Shown: positions 59,020 to 64,000 of the stretch, in pieces
Position numbering within the stretch: position 1 is the first letter of the stretch
How the letters are laid out: each line of letters starts with the position of its first letter
DNA from: Chloroflexota bacterium
GTDB taxonomy: Bacteria; Chloroflexota; UBA11872; VXOZ01
Assembly: GCA_965221905.1 (NCBI GenBank)
Contig: OZ244922.1
Location: forward strand, 2,496,001 to 2,560,000
Direction of reading: 5' to 3'
Length of the DNA stretch: 64,000 nt
The notes under the pieces: model-generated
Database searches by the model: none
What the model was told of the DNA's origin: nothing
What the model saw: only the letters and a program-made list of their open reading frames with translations
Program-made: the position numbers and the translations under genes

Positions 59020-60123
59020 CTACGGCGAGAACTTCAAGCAAACCGGTGTCGGCACAGTGGCTACGTGTCCGGTGGGCTCAAGCTCTCCGGTTTCAAGGAC
59101 TATGCGGAACGTGACGATAGTGTCAGTATCCTGATTTGCCGCGAGCAAGAAGGTACCCGTGGGATCGATCACAAAATTGCGCGGCGCCTCGCCCAGCGTA
59201 GATTGATGCCCAACCAGAGTGAGTGTGCCATCTGCTTCGTCAATGCCATAGATGACAATGCTGTCGTGCCCGCGATTCGAGCCGTACACGAACTTTCCTG
59301 AGGGGTGAACGTGTATGTCGGCAGTGTGGCTGGTTTCCCCAAAGTCCGGCGGCAACGTAGGAATAGTCTGCAACTCTTCCAAGACGCCCCGACTTAGGTC
59401 GTAGGCAAAGACCGTAACCGTGTTGCCGATCTCATTGATGACATAGACAACGCGGCCGTTGGGATGGAAGTCAAGATGGCGGGGCCCGGCGCCGGGATGC
59501 ACGGTAGCAAAGGCCGGGTCATTTGGCGGCAATTTCCCATGTTCGAGATCAAGCCGGTAGACAAGCACCTGATCGAGACCGAGATCGCACGCCAGCGCGT
59601 ACTTGTTAGCGGGATCGGGCGTGAAGGAATGACCGTGCGGCTCTCCTTGACGATCCGGGTTAACGCTGGACCCTTCATGCTGCGCCCAGTCCGTCGGAGG
59701 ACCCAAGCTCCCGTCTTCCGCAATCGGCAGCATGGCCACGCTGCCACCCAGATAGTTTGCGGTGATCACATATCGGCCCGTCTGCTCCACGCTCACGTGA
59801 CAGGGCCCTGGCCCCTGCGACGGCTGCCGGTTGAGAAATGTAAGTGCGCCCGTAGTCCGGTCCACCGCAAATGCGCTCACTGTCCCGCCGGCACGCCCGT
59901 CTATTTCCGGAACCGCATTCACCGCATAGAGGAATGGACGCTCCGGGTGCAAGGTGAGGAATGACGGATTCGGCACGTCGGGGACTGTGTGCACCAACTC
60001 CACGGCGCCGGTAGTCATTTCCATCCGGCAAACGTAGATTCCCTCTGCCCCGCCGCCGTGATCGTCAACGCCGGTAAACGTTCCTACATAGATGAATCTG
60101 GTATCCACAGACTGTGCATTCAT
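59020..60123 (-). CDS. pgl: 6-phosphogluconolactonase-family beta-propeller lactonase
   Basis: YVGTFT, NPSFL, ANYLGG, GPRH, SNRGHDSI and PRNF. Confidence 0.88.
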   Translation of the reverse strand: MNAQSVDTRFIYVGTFTGVDDHGGGAEGIYVCRMEMTTGAVELVHTVPDVPNPSFLTLHPERPFLYAVNAVPEIDGRAGGTVSAFAVDRTTGALTFLNRQPSQGPGPCHVSVEQTGRYVITANYLGGSVAMLPIAEDGSLGPPTDWAQHEGSSVNPDRQGEPHGHSFTPDPANKYALACDLGLDQVLVYRLDLEHGKLPPNDPAFATVHPGAGPRHLDFHPNGRVVYVINEIGNTVTVFAYDLSRGVLEELQTIPTLPPDFGETSHTADIHVHPSGKFVYGSNRGHDSIVIYGIDEADGTLTLVGHQSTLGEAPRNFVIDPTGTFLLAANQDTDTIVTFRIVLETGELEPTGHVATVPTPVCLKFSP

Positions 60124-60238
60124 CAAGGCCACCTCGTTCTGTATTCAGTGATTGCTATTACTCTTACCTAATTGTTAGCCTAACGTTTCACACAACGCAG
60201 GCGCAAAGGATGCAAGGCCGTTTAGGCACTCCATTGGA

Positions 60239-61150
60239 CTACGCTCGCAAGATAGCCTGAAGGGCGCCCGCAACAGTGGGGTAGCGGAATTCGAAACCGG
60301 CATCCGACAATTGCACAGGCAGTGCCCGCTGACCGTGCAGAACTATGTCCGCCATTTCGCCCATGGCAAGGCGAAGGGCCCAGGGTGGCACGCGGAATAG
60401 CGCAGGTCTCCCTAGCGTCTGTCCGATCGTGCCGGCAAATGCGGCAAACTGCACCGGATTGGGCGCGCACACGTTCACGGGCCCCGAGACATGGTCATGT
60501 GTTATGAGGAATTCGATCGCCCGTACCGTGTCTTCGATATGTATCCAGGGCACCCACTGCTTACCCGTGCCCAAGGCGCCGCCCGCGAAGAGGCGAAATG
60601 GCAGAACCACGCGCGGCAACATGCCGCCATCTTTACTCAGGGAGACACCCATGCGTAACAACACGCGCCGGGTTGCGTCATTCTCGACTGGCGCTGAAGC
60701 GTGCTCCCACTCTTGAGACACGTCGGCGAGAAAATCGGTGCCCGGTCCATGTTGTTCGTCCACCTCCTCGTCGTCGGTATTCCCGTAGTAGCCCACTGCG
60801 GACGCCTGCAGGAGCACGGCCGGCTTCTGCGATGCAGCGTGGATGGCGGCTACGACCCCGTTGGTAGACTGTATCCGGCTATCACGCAGTTTTCGTTTCT
60901 GCGCATACGTCCAGCGCCTACTTGCGATGCTCTCCCCGGCGAGGTTTACTACAGCGTGCGCACCGTCTGCCAATTCCGCCCAACCTTCGCTGCTGCTGCC
61001 GTCCCAATATGCAGCGTCTGCGCCTTCAGGCAGCCCCGCAACCTGGTACGGACGCCGGCTCAAGACCACAACCGCATATCCCTTCGCGCAAAGATGGTGG
61101 GTCAGAGCGCGACCGATCAGTCCGCTACCACCGGCGATGATTACTCGCAT
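60239..61150 (-). CDS. TIGR01777 family NAD-dependent epimerase/oxidoreductase
   Basis: AGGSGLIG, VNLAGESI, SRIQST, SAVGYYG and GTGKQWVPWIH. Confidence 0.9.
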   Translation of the reverse strand: MRVIIAGGSGLIGRALTHHLCAKGYAVVVLSRRPYQVAGLPEGADAAYWDGSSSEGWAELADGAHAVVNLAGESIASRRWTYAQKRKLRDSRIQSTNGVVAAIHAASQKPAVLLQASAVGYYGNTDDEEVDEQHGPGTDFLADVSQEWEHASAPVENDATRRVLLRMGVSLSKDGGMLPRVVLPFRLFAGGALGTGKQWVPWIHIEDTVRAIEFLITHDHVSGPVNVCAPNPVQFAAFAGTIGQTLGRPALFRVPPWALRLAMGEMADIVLHGQRALPVQLSDAGFEFRYPTVAGALQAILRA

Positions 61151-61226
61151 TTGGCTCCCTCCGCCTTTTGTCTTACCCACGTGCTAGCTATTTTAATCAA
61201 GGGCTTTTCTTCCCGCCGTTAGTGGC

Positions 61227-62207
61227 ATGCAAGCACCTACCTCATTGAGGAGAGTACCCAAATTTGCTATAATACATAAAGTGAAAGACCAGCGCACACT
61301 CAGGCCAATTGAAGCCCTGGCCGAATCCGGTTCCCTACTCAATCGGCGTATCTGGCTCATCTTGCTGCCGATCGGGTTAGACTTGCTCATCTGGTTGGCG
61401 CCGCGCGTCATTCTCGGGGAAGAGCTATTTCCGTTGGCAGAAGGATCAACCTCTGCTTTCGATGAGGGAACAGACACAGAAGACCTTACCATCTTCTCGC
61501 TTCTTCGGCAGTCAAACCTACTCTCGCTCGTTATAGGAGTTTGGGTACCCTCGCTAGGGGTTTCCGCATCGGGCGACGAGACGGGCGCAATTGTAGTCCT
61601 AAAGTCGCTCCCGCAGCTCCTGATGGCATTGGCGTTGCTACTCCCATTGAGCTTCATTGTGGGTAGCACCTACCTGGCGCTGATTGCATCAGAAATGCAG
61701 CAGCGCACGTCTACGTGGGAGGTCCTTGTTCCCCGAGTCTTGCGGTTGGCCATGCGGCTCGGAGGGCTTGTCGGCATAATGCTCGTGGTAACTGTGGTTC
61801 CATTCGCCATTGCAAGTTTGTTCTTATCGATTGTTCCTCTACTCGGATTCTTGTTGTTCTTACTAGCATTGATATTGTTGATGTGGGTTGCGTTCTATGC
61901 CTTCTTCATAGTGGATAGTCTAGCGCTTGTGCGCCAGAGTTTGCCCAAGGTAATCCGGCTAACGCTGGACCTCATTCACAGCAACCCATGGCCTGCTGTC
62001 GGTTTCTTCTCCCTTTACTGGCTTATAGTAATCGGCACCAGCCTCATATGGAGCGTACTGCTTGACTTGGAGATTCTGAATGTTGGCATTGGAAGAATTA
62101 TCGCATCTATTGGCAACGCTTATGTTGGCACATGGGTGACGATTGCTATGTTCATGTACGTTTGGAACCGTTTACTCATTCACCAAGAGGATACCACCGC
62201 CGCTTAG
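61227..62207 (+). CDS. Multi-pass membrane protein of unknown function
   Basis: Long ORF with several hydrophobic helices (LLPIGLDLLIWLAPR and others); the start may be GTG 61281. Confidence 0.7.
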   Translation: MQAPTSLRRVPKFAIIHKVKDQRTLRPIEALAESGSLLNRRIWLILLPIGLDLLIWLAPRVILGEELFPLAEGSTSAFDEGTDTEDLTIFSLLRQSNLLSLVIGVWVPSLGVSASGDETGAIVVLKSLPQLLMALALLLPLSFIVGSTYLALIASEMQQRTSTWEVLVPRVLRLAMRLGGLVGIMLVVTVVPFAIASLFLSIVPLLGFLLFLLALILLMWVAFYAFFIVDSLALVRQSLPKVIRLTLDLIHSNPWPAVGFFSLYWLIVIGTSLIWSVLLDLEILNVGIGRIIASIGNAYVGTWVTIAMFMYVWNRLLIHQEDTTAA

Positions 62208-62240
62208 CAGTCTAAACCGCCTTTTCAAGAAGGGAACTAT

Positions 62241-64000
62241 ATGGCCAAGACAACTATACAAGACGACAGCAACGCTGCAACTATAGTTGCCGAAGCAGAA
62301 TCGACCGCTGCAGCCTTGAATGACTATACCGCTGCCGACATCCAGGTTCTCGAGGGTCTGGAGCCTGTGCGAACCCGTCCCGGCATGTTCATCGGCAGTA
62401 CAGACGTGCGAGGGCTCCACCATCTTGTGTTCGAGGTTGTGGATAACAGTGTGGATGAAGCGCTCGCCGGCCTTTGTGACCGCATCGTCGTAACCATTCA
62501 TGAGGATTGCAGCGTTACTATCGAAGACAATGGCCGCGGGATTCCGGTTGACGTGCACGAAAAGACCGGTGTATCTGCCTTGGAGACCGTGCTCACGCGG
62601 CTGCACGCCGGCGGCAAGTTTGGCGGCAAGAGCTACAAAGTCTCCGGCGGCCTCCACGGTGTCGGCGTTTCTATTGTCAATGCACTATCGATAAAACTCG
62701 TCGCCACCATTTATCAAGCGCCTTACGTCTACCAACAAGAGTACCGCAGCGGCGCGCCCCTCGGCAAAGTAGAGCGGATCGGCAAGTCTGATCGAAATGG
62801 TACCACTATCCACTTTCTCCCTGATTCCACGATCATGGAGACGCTTGACTATGAGTTCAATACGCTGGCACAGCGTTTCCGTGAGATCGCCTATCTCTGT
62901 CCCGCCCTTCGTATCGAGTTCCGCGATGAACGGACTGCTCGCGAACTAACGTTCTACTTTGAGAGCGGGATCCGCGCCTTTGTTCATCAAATGAATCGGC
63001 GCAAGACGATCATCAATAACGAGGGGATATTCTTTGCTGGGGAAGCAGACTCGCTGCAGCTCGAAGCGGCGCTGCAGTACACCCAGAGTTTTGACGAACG
63101 CATCTATGCCTTTGCAAATACTATCAACAACGTGGACGGCGGCACGCACCTGACCGGGTTCCGCTCAGCTCTGACCCGCACATTGAACGACTACGCCCGC
63201 AAGCAGAACCTCATCAAGGAGAAAGATCTCTCCCTCACCGGCGACGACGTGCGCACCGGACTGACTGCGGTTATCAGTGTGCGGCTCACTAACCCGCAAT
63301 TTGAGGGGCAGACCAAGGCCAAACTCGGCAATTCCGAAGTGCGGCGCTTTGTAGAAACGACTGTCAATCAGAAACTCGGCCAATATCTGGAAGAACATCC
63401 CAGCGAAGGCAAGTCCATCATTGAAAAGTGCCTGAATGCAGCCCGCGGGCGCATAGCAGCGCAGAAGGCCCGGGACATGGTGGCACGCAAAGGCTACCTG
63501 GATGTCTCCACACTGCCGGGCAAACTTGCGGACTGCACGGAACGAAGTATGGAAAACGCCGAAATCTTTGTCGTGGAGGGCGATTCTGCCGGCGGCAACG
63601 CTAAGCAGGGGCGTGAACGGCGCTTCCAGGCAATCCTCCCGCTGCGAGGCAAGATCCTCAATGCGGAGCGCACCAGCCTTGACCGTATGCTCTCAAATGC
63701 CGAGATTCGCGCGCTGGTGACAGCACTGGGCACGAACATTGGCGAGACCTTCGATATCACCAAACTGCGGTACGGCAAAGTCATCATCATGACGGACGCC
63801 GACGTTGACGGCGCCCATATCCGCACGCTTCTTCTCACGTTCTTCTTCCGGTACATGCGCGAGATTATTACGAATCAGCGGCTCTATGTTGCCCAAGCCC
63901 CGCTCTATCGCGTGGCCCGCAATCGTGATGTTCACTACGCCTGGGACGACTCCGAACGCGACAGTATTCTCAAGCAGTTTAATCGAACCAACGTCGCAGT
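62241..64000 (+). CDS. gyrB: DNA gyrase subunit B (type IIA topoisomerase B), 3' end outside the window
   Basis: Manual translation: IQVLEGLEPVRTRPGMFIG, EVVDNSVDE, LHAGGKF, GGLHGVG, VEGDSAGG, PLRGKILN and MTDADVDGAHIRTLL. Absent from the ORF track because no stop falls in the window. Confidence 0.92.
   Translation, partial: MAKTTIQDDSNAATIVAEAESTAAALNDYTAADIQVLEGLEPVRTRPGMFIGSTDVRGLHHLVFEVVDNSVDEALAGLCDRIVVTIHEDCSVTIEDNGRGIPVDVHEKTGVSALETVLTRLHAGGKFGGKSYKVSGGLHGVGVSIVNALSIKLVATIYQAPYVYQQEYRSGAPLGKVERIGKSDRNGTTIHFLPDSTIMETLDYEFNTLAQRFREIAYLCPALRIEFRDERTARELTFYFESGIRAFVHQMNRRKTIINNEGIFFAGEADSLQLEAALQYTQSFDERIYAFANTINNVDGGTHLTGFRSALTRTLNDYARKQNLIKEKDLSLTGDDVRTGLTAVISVRLTNPQFEGQTKAKLGNSEVRRFVETTVNQKLGQYLEEHPSEGKSIIEKCLNAARGRIAAQKARDMVARKGYLDVSTLPGKLADCTERSMENAEIFVVEGDSAGGNAKQGRERRFQAILPLRGKILNAERTSLDRMLSNAEIRALVTALGTNIGETFDITKLRYGKVIIMTDADVDGAHIRTLLLTFFFRYMREIITNQRLYVAQAPLYRVARNRDVHYAWDDSERDSILKQFNRTNVA

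Noticed and set aside
58805-59134. 109-aa + strand ORF after pyrK
   Set aside because: No similarity to PyrD or any motif I recognise, and it overlaps the pgl 3' end.

Overview
A GC-rich bacterial chromosome segment, most likely Chloroflexota; this is inferred from gene content and order (Tat-lipoprotein solute-binding proteins, PyrR-led pyr operon, rpmB/DAK2/recG and coaD/DUF177/rpmF blocks). In order: (1) an N-methylglutamate methylamine-utilisation cluster (mgsC-like, soxD-A-G-B/mgd-like, gmaS) interrupted by an ABC-ATPase + TOPRIM-like pair; (2) an accessory island at 9.9-16.6 kb with two paralogous orphan Tat-lipoprotein SBPs and two peptidase-fold proteins whose catalytic residues are substituted, namely an S8 subtilisin with Glu-His-Cys in place of Asp-His-Ser and an M14 carboxypeptidase fold with Gln at the first Zn ligand and probably at the catalytic Glu; (3) ccdA, a Tat-less molybdoenzyme with a fused NrfC-NrfD partner, a NucS-like nuclease, gpsA, a 2-hydroxyacid dehydrogenase, queA and pcrA; (4) an Fe3+ ABC transporter with two operator palindromes, a class-V PLP enzyme and murG; (5) a permuted rsmD-recG-DAK2-rpmB / nusB-accC-fabG-fabD-rpmF-coaD block with accessory genes at the junction; (6) pyrR-B-C-carAB-pyrK with a PyrR attenuator, pgl, a TIGR01777 protein, a membrane protein and a partial gyrB. 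Several REP-like palindrome families occur. Two copies sit in frame inside sox/mgd subunits and one pair sits inside a CTAG-bounded MITE. I saw no rRNA, tRNA, CRISPR array or transposase. All family assignments come from motif recognition by eye, not from database searches.
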